DNA of 64,000 bases from Cirrosporium novae-zelandiae. Taxonomy: Eukaryota. A program made the translations under genes and the position numbers. The notes beneath the pieces are model-generated. The model had not been told where the DNA came from. It did not search any database and was given only the letters and a program-made list of their open reading frames with translations. The stretch covers positions 434,001 to 498,000 of the forward strand of contig JAPETS010000012.1 in the NCBI GenBank assembly GCA_026023565.1, in the 5' to 3' direction. Within the stretch, counting starts at the first letter, position 1. Every line of letters begins with the position of its first letter. Below, one piece after another: positions 12,830 to 24,947 of this stretch.

Positions 12830-15440
12830 ATGATTCGACGTCGTTTGAACACCTCCATCGACCGCCGCGCCCGCAATCTCAGCCCCAACGAAGAAGAGCC
12901 GCTCGAATTACGACCATGCATTGCCGAATTGGTCAGAACCGAATATTGTCCTCCGGAATTACTTTTACTAGTTGATAAGATCTTGATTGTGGACACGGAA
13001 ACAGAACATGAAATTCTGCAAGCTTATAAACTTTTCTTAAGTGATGGGGAATATTGCATCCAAGGTATACTAGATATTTTACCCGTACATACTCAATAAG
13101 AACTTGCATCGCTAACATCGTATTAGCCGTATTGAAATCCGAGGTTCATCGATTCGTCTGGACAGGAGAAACGAAAGAAGGCTCATACATTGTGCTTACT
13201 AAATATGAGCTGGCAAGGGCTAAGAGGCTTAATGGAAATGGCGAGGTCGCGTACGTTTCATGCAGAATTTCTACCAAGGAGAGATAACTTATAGATGATT
13301 ATCACAAAGATACATCGCTATTGCCGACTTCCACGTGGTGGGCTATGATGGGCGCGAATCCAATGACTCCATCCAAACAGAAGTCCGGCAGAAAATACCA
13401 CCATCAAGCCATCCATTAACAGAAGAGAACCTTGAAGAACTTGATGCTAGCTTTGAGAAACAATTAAAGATGGCAGTTGATGCATTTGAGAACCCTTCTG
13501 AAGGTCATCCATCGTCACCAACACCGATGGAACACGGGGCTGGTGCAATGGAAGGTATTGATGTTAGAGATATGCAGTCTTCTGAACACATCTCCTTGAA
13601 GCGTGGTGCCGATCCTTCAGACGCTGGTGACTCCAAACGACGAAGAGTTTCGCCTGATATTTTGGACAGTACATCAAGAAACTCCTCTCACATGTTAAAA
13701 ACTCAAGCAATGATAATCGAAAAGCCTCTCCTTAATGCTCCTAAACCTTCATCTTCCATTCATAATTCCGAGGAGTTCCCCAACGTTGGACGTTCTGGCC
13801 TACAAAAATTTGCATCTCACTCCAGTGAAGACCGCCAGATTTCTTTCACTACTCAAACTCAGCAGCCAGTCAATACGGCCAAAAACCAGGTCATCAAAAT
13901 TGATGCTAAGATTACATTAGGCGAACGCAGCAACGAGGAGTCAACCACGCAGGACGCCATTTTAAGACAGCCAGCAATAGACACCTCGCAAGATGAACAG
14001 GAAACTCCCTCACTCACAAAACGTCCAGAGAGGATATCTAACAATCAAAGCGTCGATACCACCTACCCACTTAAGAGCAGTAACAATGTGCCCCCCAATA
14101 CTCCACTTAAGTCGGGACGATATTTACTCGCAAGACCCCGGAGACGTCATAGAACCTTAGTCGCCAGAAACGCACGACCCAAAGGTCAGAAGTTATATGA
14201 TGGGCTGTCTGAATTTCTGAACAGTACGACTGAAAGGCCTCGAAATGAACGTAAAAATTATTTTACCACACACCCTAGTACTAATGATAATACCCACTCG
14301 CATATAAAATCTCGATCTCTTGGTAACATTGGCGAGATTTCCGCTTTTAAAGATAGGGAAACTGCCCCTACATCAAAGCACGCTGCTCCTAATAATGAAG
14401 ATACAAATGATATTTTACGCTTAACGGCCAGAAACCTACACCATACACGCCGAGATAATTCCGCTGTTGATTCAAAAGTGGAATCTTCACGAAGTCCTCT
14501 AGAGGCTGATTCCCACGCAATCACTACCTCCGATAATGGCACATCTACCAGTCCCACACCTGTTAGCCGGGTGCCGGGCATTCCATTTTCTAATCCCGCT
14601 TCTAAGAGCGCCCTTTCTGCCCATAGAGACGGAACTACTGTTTTACATGGCCGATCTTGGTCCTCGAGTTCGGGATATTCACACCGCTCAGGGGCATCTG
14701 CTCGTCCTGTCTCCAGAAGCTCTCTTCAAGCATCTTATACCCCAAACGACAGCTCAAAAACAAACAATCCAAGCTCTACTTCTAGATCCCTGGGCACACT
14801 GAATGCAAAACCTAGCTACATCGCGAACACCTCCAATTCAATCAACAACAACCATCTGCCAAAACTACCAACCAGAAATTCCAAATCTAACCAGCAAGAC
14901 ACCCCCAGACCCCACCACCAACACCAAAAACACAACCTCAAAATAACGTCCCTTTCTCACCTTCCCCACCTCCCACCACGCAACTACCGCCTTACAGCCC
15001 TCATAATCATCACCTCTGTCTCCCCCACCATAAAACGCCCCCGCGCAAACCTAAACATGCTTCCACAACGCGACTGCGAAGTCACAGATCTCAGCCTCCT
15101 ACAAAAATATCTCGGCGACGCCGACACCACCACCACCTCCTCATCTTCTCCCCAAACCCTAAAAACAATCCCCCTAAGCGTATTCGTAGATGCCCAAAAC
15201 TTCAACCCGCAACCCGGAACCGTAGCGCTAATTAAGAATGTGAGGACCCATGAATGGAAGGGCGGGAGCTTGAAGGCTTATGATGTTGATTGTGGTGGTG
15301 GGAGGGAGTGGTTTGTTGGGGGCGTGGAGAGGTTGGTGGAGTTGGGGGTTGATATGGAGGTTGTGGGGGCGTTAGGTGATTTGTGGGATGTGGTTGCTAG
15401 GAGGATTGGGTTGGGTGGAGATGGTGAAGGGAAGGGGTAG
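12830..15440 (+). CDS. Uncharacterised protein with putative N- and C-terminal OB-fold domains and a long disordered linker
   Basis: Introns 13065-13126 and 13251-13309. N-terminus YKLFLSDGEYCIQAVL...EGSYIVLTKYE resembles RPA1-N OB. C-terminus LSVFVD...PQPGTVALIKNV..HEWKGGSL is OB-like. The middle is S/T/N-rich. Confidence 0.7.
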
Positions 15441-15928
15441 GTTTTGGTCGGGGTGAGGGTGTTTCTGGTGTATATAAGATGTGGTAGATCTAGACCTGGG
15501 TTTAGATATAGGCCATGTATCATACATGCGTACTCTATGTATACGTATCTGTTAAAGAAGGATACCCAATTGCATTTTTTCCCTCCTGTATGTGCTATGG
15601 CCGAAAGCCAAGTTATATATACTAATCCACAATTGACCAGTTGAAGAGACACATTCCCCCCGCGCTGCATTGCGTTGCCTTTCCTCGCTTTCTCTCTTCT
15701 TTTCTTTTGATCTCCCTATTTATACATAGCCGGCTTTTAAGAAAGAGTTTTTAAAGTGAGCTGACTTAAGTGGGTGGGTGGGTGGTAAAATCTATACTAT
15801 TGAGGGAAACATATACACATGATGATAATGATGATGATTATTCATTTTATTGTCCGCAATGTCGCCTTTTGGTTATGACGGAACATTATATGTATAATAT
15901 TCGGGCTAAATTTATGGTCAAGAGTTCT

Positions 15929-17702
15929 TTATTTTGGGAGTATAATTTGATTAGGTAATTGATTCCGTTTGTTGTTGTTATTGTCTGAGGGGTGGTGGTA
16001 GTGCTTCTAGATTTAGATCTGATGATGGTTTTTGGCCGTATACGACCCACCTAGGATTTGACATTGTTAGTTTAGAGTTTTAGCAGCCATCTGGGTATGG
16101 ATTGGTGGATAGTAGATGGTGGATGAAATAATGATAAGAGGTAGATAGAAAGCGCATAACATGTCAAAGGAATTCAGAGGAAAATGGAAGAAAACTCACA
16201 TGGGCACATAAATATGCCGTTCCGTCTCCTCCATAAACGCCTTCCTCACCTGCGTCAAGTAAACCATCATCCTCTCCTTACTCCATCCCAACCTCTCCGT
16301 AAACAGCCTCAACGCGATTCCCTCCAACCCTTGCAGCGCTGCCTTCTTAATCTTCGGCTCGCTGACGTACCACGGAAACTCTTTTACGTGGATGTTGATG
16401 AAGCCGGCTGCTTTGAGGCGCGAGGTTAGTGTTGAGGGGGTCTGCATGTGGATGTTTCGTTTTGAGGCGGCGTCGACGACGTGGGTGCAGTACTCGGTTA
16501 TGAGGCTTGGGGGGTGCGTGTTGGGGGCACAGGCGCAGATCATGGGCCAGGTGTATTCTTGGTATTCGACCCAGCCGGAGGGTTTGAGGAAGCTGAGGGG
16601 GGTTTGAGGGTTAGTGGGTATTTAGAGGTGGCTTGGAAGGGCCTGTGAGGCTCTATGGCATTGGGGAGGATGAATGAGTGATTGGAGAAATGCAATGCAT
16701 ACCGAAATGACTGTCGACACAGTTTGTCCCAGTCTCTCCAGCCAATAGAGAGAAGACGCCCATGGATGAAATCGAATTTATGATGATACGTCCAATCAGC
16801 TTCCGCGTCGTCGACCTCGAACTCGCAGTTTGGCGGTATCCTGCCAAAGGTACTTAAGATCCATAAACTTAGAAGTCCACTAACTTAAGGGGAGAAGACA
16901 GGTTATAGGAGTTTGAGTATCGAAATGTATACCATGTAGGTTGTATTGGACTGTTAGGCATTCCCGATAACCCCATCATCAGCTAGAGTTGTATGTTATG
17001 ATGAGATGGGTTTGCGCACCTCAAATCTACCCCGATAATTCTTGCGGAAGGATGCGCGTCCGCCGTATCGATCACCCAATTCCCGGTTCCCGTTGCAATA
17101 TCAAGGATATCTTGGACGTCACCTGAGATCGGCGCACACTGAAGTTTGCCGTCGAGGGCTTCGAGCCAGATTCCATGCTGGAGGTCTAGTCGATCTTGTT
17201 CGAGCTCGTCGTTTGGAAGATCATATCCTTGATTGGATGAGGTTTGGTTAGCTCATTTCTGCCACAAATGATTGCTCTTCGAAATATAATAGCCTCTACT
17301 ACAACCCAGGGCTATAAGGGGGAGTCCTCACGTCCTGCTTTAAACGAATGATACCTCCGTCCATTGCTGTATTCGAATTTCGTCACTTCGCTATTCAGAC
17401 TATTTAAGCTCCTATTTGGCGCAAGGAGTATACAAATCAGCATTAAATATATGATAAAGATAACATATCTATGAGTCTTATGCTGAAATCATGCCGAGCC
17501 TGGATAGCGAATCGACCAGCATAGAATATAGAGAGGATACGAACGAAAAATTATCGTCACCAAGAGTTGAGTCGGCTTCTATCTGCTATATGTACGACCG
17601 AGTATTAGCAGTCGACTTCAACGGTTGAATAGACACAGCATTTAGCTAGAGGAGACTGACAGCGACATCCTCGGCGGTTGTAGGGAGATCAGACGAAGTC
17701 AT
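15929..17702 (-). CDS. Class I SAM-dependent methyltransferase (LaeA-like/TAM fungal family), multi-exon
   Basis: Spliced manually: NGRRYHSF, PNDELEQDRLDLQH, ILDIATGTGNW, IIGVDLSPIQP, PPNCEFEVDDAE, FDFIHGR, LKPSGWVEYQE and VVYGQKP. No frameshift found. Confidence 0.88.
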
Positions 17703-19283
17703 CGGGCAGGAGCTAGTTGGTTACTAGGCGACTTGAGTTCCAATACGTATCATTCATTATCCTGAGAAGTTTTTAATAAGTGGCTATAAGCAATCAAATA
17801 TTCATTCAGAACCATGCTCGACATGCTATATTCTAGAGATCAGATGACATTTTGCAATTCTTTAGTCACGAATTCTACTCACTAATAGTTTCCAGCATAT
17901 AAACAAGGGGGTGGAAAGATCTTTCGATGGTGCTTCAACGAGTATTTCGTCCGCATCATTAAACAAATCAGAAACAATTGTGTTTAGATCTGAGATTGTC
18001 GGTATATTATTTTCCATCCCCGACGGTTGTTGGGGGTCGAATGCCTCTCGTAATATTACGCGCTAGTCAGTTTTATAATACGGCCATCTCTTTGTCGACC
18101 TTTCTACTAATAGTTAATTACTGTAATAGCACGGAAATCAAAAACATCAATATCTAGTCTATTATCTACCTACGACACAGGGACGTTCCTATCCCACCTT
18201 GGCGGAGGAACGCCCTGATATCATGTTCCACAACCCTAGCAAACAAATAGAGTGTAAGAGAAAAAGAAGCCTCAACTTCTTAACAAAATGCGGCTCTGTA
18301 TCTCCTACCCGACTCTCCTATCATCCACTACGATATCCCCATTATCCTCCAAATTATGTCTGACGACAGCCTTTAATTTCAATATGCATTCGTCATCAAT
18401 TCTCAACCCAAAACAATTCCGCTCACTTCCAATCCATCAAACAAAAAGAAGCAAGCTTCCCTTTCCCAAATAAAAAGGAAAGGGCATTTCGGGGCGGTTT
18501 ATTAATACGTTCTCCAGCATGTCAAAAAAGAAATCTACTCAAACTCAGCTAATGAAAACTACCGAGCGAGTGGGAGGGCTTAGCAACCATCTACTTTACA
18601 AGTAGATAGATGTTTCTTCCCTCCATGTTATTCGGGCTAATTCTCACCAAGACCTAATTAGTGAATCCTTTTGTTGGATCCCCTTCAGGGCACAAGGTTA
18701 CACAAAGTAAGACGGTAAAAAATGTGACACATAACAATATAACATTCAGCCTCACCATCCCGTTGTGTGATGCTGTGCTGTTGCATTATGTAAAATAGCA
18801 TGACTTATATTCAGCTAGACAGGGAACTACATCTTGAATCGAGACAGTCAACTTGTGTCATGTGAACAATATGTTTCGTATATTTATGTGAATACTTTTC
18901 GCAGCCTTGTCTTAGCAACGTATTTGTAGGCTTGGCAAGATGAAGGGTCAACGTGGTGACTGGCCTTGGAATGGAAGCCCGACATAGCAATCTCAGCCTT
19001 GCGAGGTATTGAATAAGGGCACATGACTACTTTTGATCTCATCAATCATTTCGAGACTAGGATTTGAGTTTCCTAAATTGGAAGTATGACATATCCAAGT
19101 CTTACAGGCCATAATATTGAAACTGGGTTTGATTAAGTTGGATGTGTTTGTGGTACTAGGATATTAAATAACATTTTGACTGTTTATTGATATTTATAGT
19201 CGCATTATCTACCGACATATCTATGCTTCCAGCACTTCCATTCAAATTCGTACAAATCTTTGTGAAAAGAATCAAAAGCAGAC

Positions 19284-21176
19284 ATGGCAGATCCTATCTC
19301 CGTGGCCGGTCTTGTTCTCAGCGGAGTCTCTCTGACCTTTCAGGTCTTCTCCGGCTGTATAAAAGGCTATGAACTACTCCTTCGTGCCAATAACATGCCC
19401 CAGAAATACCACTACCTTCGCATCCGACTCCAAATGGAGCAGCACAAGCTATTGGATTGGGCCCGTTTCACAGACCTGAGTGAAAGGGATGAAACTTTGA
19501 GTTTGGGATTGAGGCTGAACCGTCAAGTCTTGAATGACATACTGCATGAGCAAGATTGCTTGCTGTCAGATTTGGAGTCGTTGGAGAGAAAATATGGGTT
19601 AAAAGTTGAGGTTGTTAGAGATAGAGTCGGGGATGGCAGTAGCATCAGTGAACAAGAGAACAAGAACGATGGCAAAGACGAATTAATGAAAGGCCATAAG
19701 AATCCTAAACGAGAAGACAAATTGAAATTAAAGGCCTTGTCCTGGATTGAAAATTCCCGGAGATACCCTAAGCATCTTCGCTGGGCGGCATTTGACGATA
19801 AAAGGTTCGAAAAGTTGCTTGATAACCTATCTGTACTCAACAATTATCTTCGAGCACTTATGGACTCTCATCAAAGATCCGCGCTTCAACGAGAACAACA
19901 CCAGACCTCTATGCAGGTTCTCCAGTTAAATGATAAGGTGGATGTTCTGTTACAGATTTTTGGTACTACCAGTCCTAGCCCCGAGCGCAAAGGCAGTCTA
20001 TCCGCAAGTAGTACAGTCACAACACTAATTGGATATGACCCTCAAGTGAAGGCAAATGATGATGTAGAAAGGAATAAATATGAGGTCAAGCTCCAACGCC
20101 TTGCACGTTTCAAAGCTCTAAGTATCGCTGTTGAGAGCAACTCCCTGTATGCAGGACATTCCACGGATTTCGAATTGAACCTTTCCTCACATAGAGCAGT
20201 AGCTCCACGGTTAGAAGGCATGCTCCTTCAACTCTTTGAAGAGAGCACTATAGCTTTTGAGAGAAAACCGTCCCGTTCGAACGCGCTATACAATAGCGTT
20301 CCAGTATGGGTGGAATGGAAATACTATGAGCCGACTGGACCTTCACAAGAGCCTGCAAGCTTCATAGCGGGACGTGTTTCTAAGCTTGCGGCCTTGCTAC
20401 ATGATCCAGAAAAGCCTGAGGAGTTTCGAGTGCCAGATTGCCTGGGGTATATCACCGATTTCAAGAATACTCGATATGGGTTTGTATTCAAGAAATTACC
20501 GACTCTTTCAGAAAAAGCCCTTCCCATATCATTATATCAACTCCTCATGCGACAAAAACGACCTTCGCTGACAAAACGACTGGAACTTGCAAGAGCACTT
20601 GTTACTTGCATATGGTATCTTCATGCGACCGACTGGTTGCACAAGGGCCTCCGAAGCGATAATATAGTGTTCTTCAAAGGCGAAAGCCAAATCGATCTAT
20701 CACAACCGTATCTGAGCGGCTTCGATTATGCGCGTCCAGCCAAGAGAAATGAAGTCACGGAGCTACCTCCAAATAACCCTGAATACGATATCTATCGCCA
20801 CCCCAATGTACATGGGGATGTTCCGCGTGACGGTAAACGAGGATATAAAATGATTTACGACATATATAGTATTGGAATCGTATTATTAGAGATCGCCAGA
20901 TGGCAGCCTATCGCAGCCATCGCTGGCATTCGGAAGCTGGATCGGAATACTAAGCCAAATGAGACTAAATCCATAAGGGCCAAGATTTTGAATGAGGATG
21001 AGTATCTTGACGTGATCAAAGCAGACTTCGGGGACAAGTTTATGGAAGCGGTTCGTACCTGCCTAAGTGGTGACTTTGGCGTTGACAAGTCATGGAGCGA
21101 TGAGGAAAATGCTGTACAGCTGCAAACTGAGTTTTATGACAAAGTCGTAAGGCCTCTGGATGAGATATTGGTTTGA
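19284..21176 (+). CDS. HeLo (prion-inhibition and propagation) domain fused to a pseudokinase; MLKL-like architecture
   Basis: Intronless, 630 aa. N-terminal hydrophobic helix MADPISVAGLVLSGVSL, RLQMEQHKLLDWA and RWAAFDDKRFEKLLDNL are HET-S/HeLo-like. Kinase fold with VWVEWK, LHKGLRSDNI, SGFDYAR, YRHP and DIYSIGIVLLEIA. Confidence 0.9.
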   Translation: MADPISVAGLVLSGVSLTFQVFSGCIKGYELLLRANNMPQKYHYLRIRLQMEQHKLLDWARFTDLSERDETLSLGLRLNRQVLNDILHEQDCLLSDLESLERKYGLKVEVVRDRVGDGSSISEQENKNDGKDELMKGHKNPKREDKLKLKALSWIENSRRYPKHLRWAAFDDKRFEKLLDNLSVLNNYLRALMDSHQRSALQREQHQTSMQVLQLNDKVDVLLQIFGTTSPSPERKGSLSASSTVTTLIGYDPQVKANDDVERNKYEVKLQRLARFKALSIAVESNSLYAGHSTDFELNLSSHRAVAPRLEGMLLQLFEESTIAFERKPSRSNALYNSVPVWVEWKYYEPTGPSQEPASFIAGRVSKLAALLHDPEKPEEFRVPDCLGYITDFKNTRYGFVFKKLPTLSEKALPISLYQLLMRQKRPSLTKRLELARALVTCIWYLHATDWLHKGLRSDNIVFFKGESQIDLSQPYLSGFDYARPAKRNEVTELPPNNPEYDIYRHPNVHGDVPRDGKRGYKMIYDIYSIGIVLLEIARWQPIAAIAGIRKLDRNTKPNETKSIRAKILNEDEYLDVIKADFGDKFMEAVRTCLSGDFGVDKSWSDEENAVQLQTEFYDKVVRPLDEILV

Positions 21177-21385
21177 AGAAATTCCTCCAGTAAATCAGCG
21201 ATGGTCGAATATTTAGGAGAAAATGCGTTGAATACTATACACCTGATTCGAGGTCCATGTTAGATTTCTGAGCTTGGAATTCTATGATTGGCGTATTTGG
21301 TTTATATTCCCAAAACTAGGAATTTTCGGATATAAAATTGCAATTATTCGCTGCAGACCTCCATAGCGATTCTGTAATAGCGCAA

Positions 21386-24323
21386 CTAAATATAATCACG
21401 GTTGCATTCTTGTCCGAAGCTGAAGCATTCTTGGCCACTCTGGAAAGTAATTTTTAAGCTTACGGCTGATTTTGGCTGGACCGCTTCAGTGTCTACCAGT
21501 TCACCTATAGTCATACCAGGGATCTTGAGCATATTGCTCATGAAAAGTTCAGACACTTTAATGGTCACGTCAGGAACCTTGATCTTGCTGATAGGAGAGA
21601 CTGGCAAAGACGCGGTCAACCACTTGGGCATTGTAGGAGTGTTATCAGTCAATCGTATTGTTACTTTTGATGACCAGTGCCCCGCAGTCTCCTCGTCCCA
21701 TAAGATAAGTTCCGCACGGCCATAATCCTTGGATCTTCCTAAACGCGAAATCGGTTGAGACTGAACTCGTATTACGTTTGTAAAAAACTTAATATCCCAG
21801 GATGTCAGCGATTTCAAGAGCATTGCAAATGGTCTTGGAGGTTTAGTTGTATTTCGGTCCCCTAAAGGCTCCACATGCAAAGTGAACGACGCCGCGCTGG
21901 GTATTAAAGTCACCGACTCACATCTGCCTATAGGTAACTCGAGTTTATTTGTTCGCCAGTCACGTACTTGAGATATGTAGTACGGGGATCTCAGACCGTT
22001 AAGGTCGAGCTGCAGAAGTTTTTTATCCTCTAGAAATGCCAAGTGAAGATCTAAGTCTTTCGATAAAAGGTATAGGGCCGATGAAGATTGGCCAAGCGTA
22101 GTATTCACGACGAATAATGCGGAGTATCTTAACAAAGACCCTCGGAGAATATCGTAAATATTCAAGTATTGTTGATCCGATATCTGGATGTAGTTTGGAG
22201 GCCGGTCGGAAAACGCTCTCGACAGAGAAGAAATGTATTTAATAAAATTAGGTATCATTGTGGTATCAGCGAACCGCAAAGTCATCCTACTATTTGGGTC
22301 GTGAGGTTTGTACACTCGACTATAGGCTCTACCATAGTCTCCTTGTCTTTTTTCCTCAATATGATTGCAGTCCGACCAGCTAATTGTAACCCTTTCGCCG
22401 TCCGCCCAAAGTTGCAGGTCTGCAATGGAAAGCCAACTGGATGTAGAAACCATCCTATTGGATAGTGAATCATATTCTTCGACCGATATGCGCCGAACCG
22501 TCTTCCATGCTTCCTCGGATTTGGCTTCGAAAAGGTACAGTCTGTAAGTCATGTCTGCATCCGGTTCCCGAGCAGTCGGGCTCGGCATTTCAGCAGGCAG
22601 ATAAATAGTATAAGAAGTTAACGTAGTAGAAAAAATGCACAATTCCCTGGTCTGGTCCGATACCAAAAACGAACAAGTCTCGGTCTCGGTCTCAATTAGG
22701 ATTTTACCTTCGATAGTAGACCCTTTCACGGTTGAAGGCCGAGATGTACTCTCACTATTAAGAGACGGCTCAGGAGAAGGCCGAGGAGTAAGCTCGGTGG
22801 GAACCATGCAGCATTCACCGATGAAGACATTGGATGGCGTAAATGATTCAATCTTGTTAACTAAGAGTTGGGAATTTAATCGCTGTTTCGGATGGCTCAC
22901 AGCCTAGTAGTTCGTCAGTACTCCATTTCGAAAGTAAAATGCCCAAATAATATTCTGGACAAACCAAATCAAGCCAACCGTTCATCGAACTTATGCGAGG
23001 TCCTTGACACTGCATTGGATATGCAACGTGAATCGAGATTAGGTTGAGATTTGATTTGATTTGTTGAAAGAATTAGATTCAAAGACTTACCATTTGCCTA
23101 ATCCAGCTACAGGGTCCATTGTTGGCATCGCTTCTGCCGGCAGGATCGAGTTCATCTAACCAACGAGAAACTCCTTCGACATGATCAGAGAAACTCTTGA
23201 ATTCAAGACCAAGACCATCGTTGCTGAGGAAGTCCTCCATCACATGAAGAGGTCTGCCTTTGATTACTGTATAGAGCTCCAAGAACACACAGCCGAGAGA
23301 CCAGATATCAGTAGAATCATTCCTTGAATGTTCTCTATTCACAACTTCCGGTGCAGCATACTTTGGCGTGTGCCTGGTGACTGTACCTTCGGTCGTACTG
23401 TGGTCCCTATCAGCCCAATCAAGAGATATTCCAAAATCACAAAATAGGACCTTGCGGTCTTTTACTAATATATTTTTTGGCTTGATATCCTTGTGGCGAA
23501 CCTTTTTGGTATGAAGAAACAAGAGAGCAGTAGCGAGACATCCAAAGGACTGCTTTAGCCAATGCTCCTGGTCAGTTGTGATGGGGGTTTGCTTTAGTAA
23601 CGTTGACAAGTCATAATCAGCGACTGGAGACATGAGTAGACAGACCGAGTCTGAGTCTGTATAGCTTCCAACAAATTTGACGACATGCTGATGCCCTTGT
23701 AGTCGCTTCACAGTGGCCAGCTCCTTTTGAAAACTTCTCATTATGTCCCGATCCGCGGCAAAATTAGGACCGCGCCTTATCTTCTTGCGGGCGAGTTCTA
23801 ACCTAGACCCATAACGAACACAGTCCACTTGACTATGCCATTGGCCTGTGCCTCCTTCTCCTAAATCTCGAAGTGATTTATAAATCCTGTCGCCGTCTTC
23901 AAAATATTGGTGCTTGAGGTCTGAGCCTCTCTGGAATTCAAGCGAGTCTGGCGAGGAGAGTACATGTTGCTGTAGCCGCAAGAACTCATTGGTGAGAGTC
24001 GCATTTTCTCTGATTGAATTAGGTAGATATTTGGGTGAATATGGGAAGGAAAAATCTAGGAGTTCGCTTTTGGAGAAGTCGTCGAGAATATCAATCCGCT
24101 TGAGTATTCGAAGGACAATGTATGTCCTTAGCCTCCTTGGGTGGTATCCTGGGGGTCCACCACCTTTGGATATTAGGCAACTAATAACCGTCAAATATAT
24201 ATCGTTGAATCTGTGCAATGAATTTGATGCGATGTCGTTGGGTGGGATTGAAGTAAATTCAGATAAGGCTGACTCGACATCTTCGTTGGTAAACTCGTCT
24301 GCTTCAAGATGTTCCAGCTCCAT
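21386..24323 (-). CDS. Ser/Thr protein kinase with a large uncharacterised C-terminal region (~916 aa)
   Basis: Exon 24323-23091, intron 23090-22904 (GTAAGT..CTGAC..TAG), exon 22903-21386. Intact motifs LGEGGTG, ARKK, HKDIKPKN, DFG, YAAPE and DIWSLGC; subdomain XI (PKQR) is supplied by exon 2. Confidence 0.87.
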
Positions 24324-24947
24324 GTTCGCACACCTCACCTAAAGCATCGACAACAGCCTTATTCCCAATCAAATATAAATGGGAGCAGACATCAAATTTC
24401 CAGCTATGAGAAAATCATAGTATAGCAGAGTGGCTTTGATGAAGATGATCTGTTTCAGTAGCCGTTTTGGGGCAAAGATGGTGTCCAGCCGACAACCAGC
24501 TTCCCCAGTGTACCGGGTGCTTTCTGAAGGATGCGGAGAGAGTGTGGAGAAACATCATATATCGTTTCCCGCTTACTGTCAATCTCATGCAAGGCTGACC
24601 CAAAGCCTCCTTTCAGCTTATTACCAACTTATTGGACCAGCTGAAAAGCTCCCAGCCGTGTCACGCAGAGAGGCTTTGCTCAATTAAGCCAATTCGGGAT
24701 CCGATTGTCTTGGAAAATTCGCTTTACGAAATTGTTGCCTACTACGCCCATAGAAGGACGTGGAACCTCGCAACAGGCTGGGACCAACTGTTCTGCAAGG
24801 CTCTCTGGGTACAAACATTCTGGAGTTTATAGTATTTGGTTGTATCGATCCATATACCTACCGTATATACCACTCTTTAACACTCAACCTAATAATCTTT
24901 AGTCACATTACTCAAAGCCTGTTAAATACTAACCCAAGTGCTTCAGA

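Noticed and set aside
16700..16780. Frameshift/pseudogene in the methyltransferase, suggested by the ORF track
   Set aside because: The correct frame reads FIHGRLLSIGWRDWDKLCRQSF intact; the fragmentation is due to introns.
15929..21176. Methyltransferase plus HeLo gene as a het-v-like allorecognition pair
   Set aside because: This methyltransferase is a common class I LaeA-like enzyme ~1.6 kb away; as I recall, the Podospora partner is SET-type. Nothing in the sequence supports a functional link.
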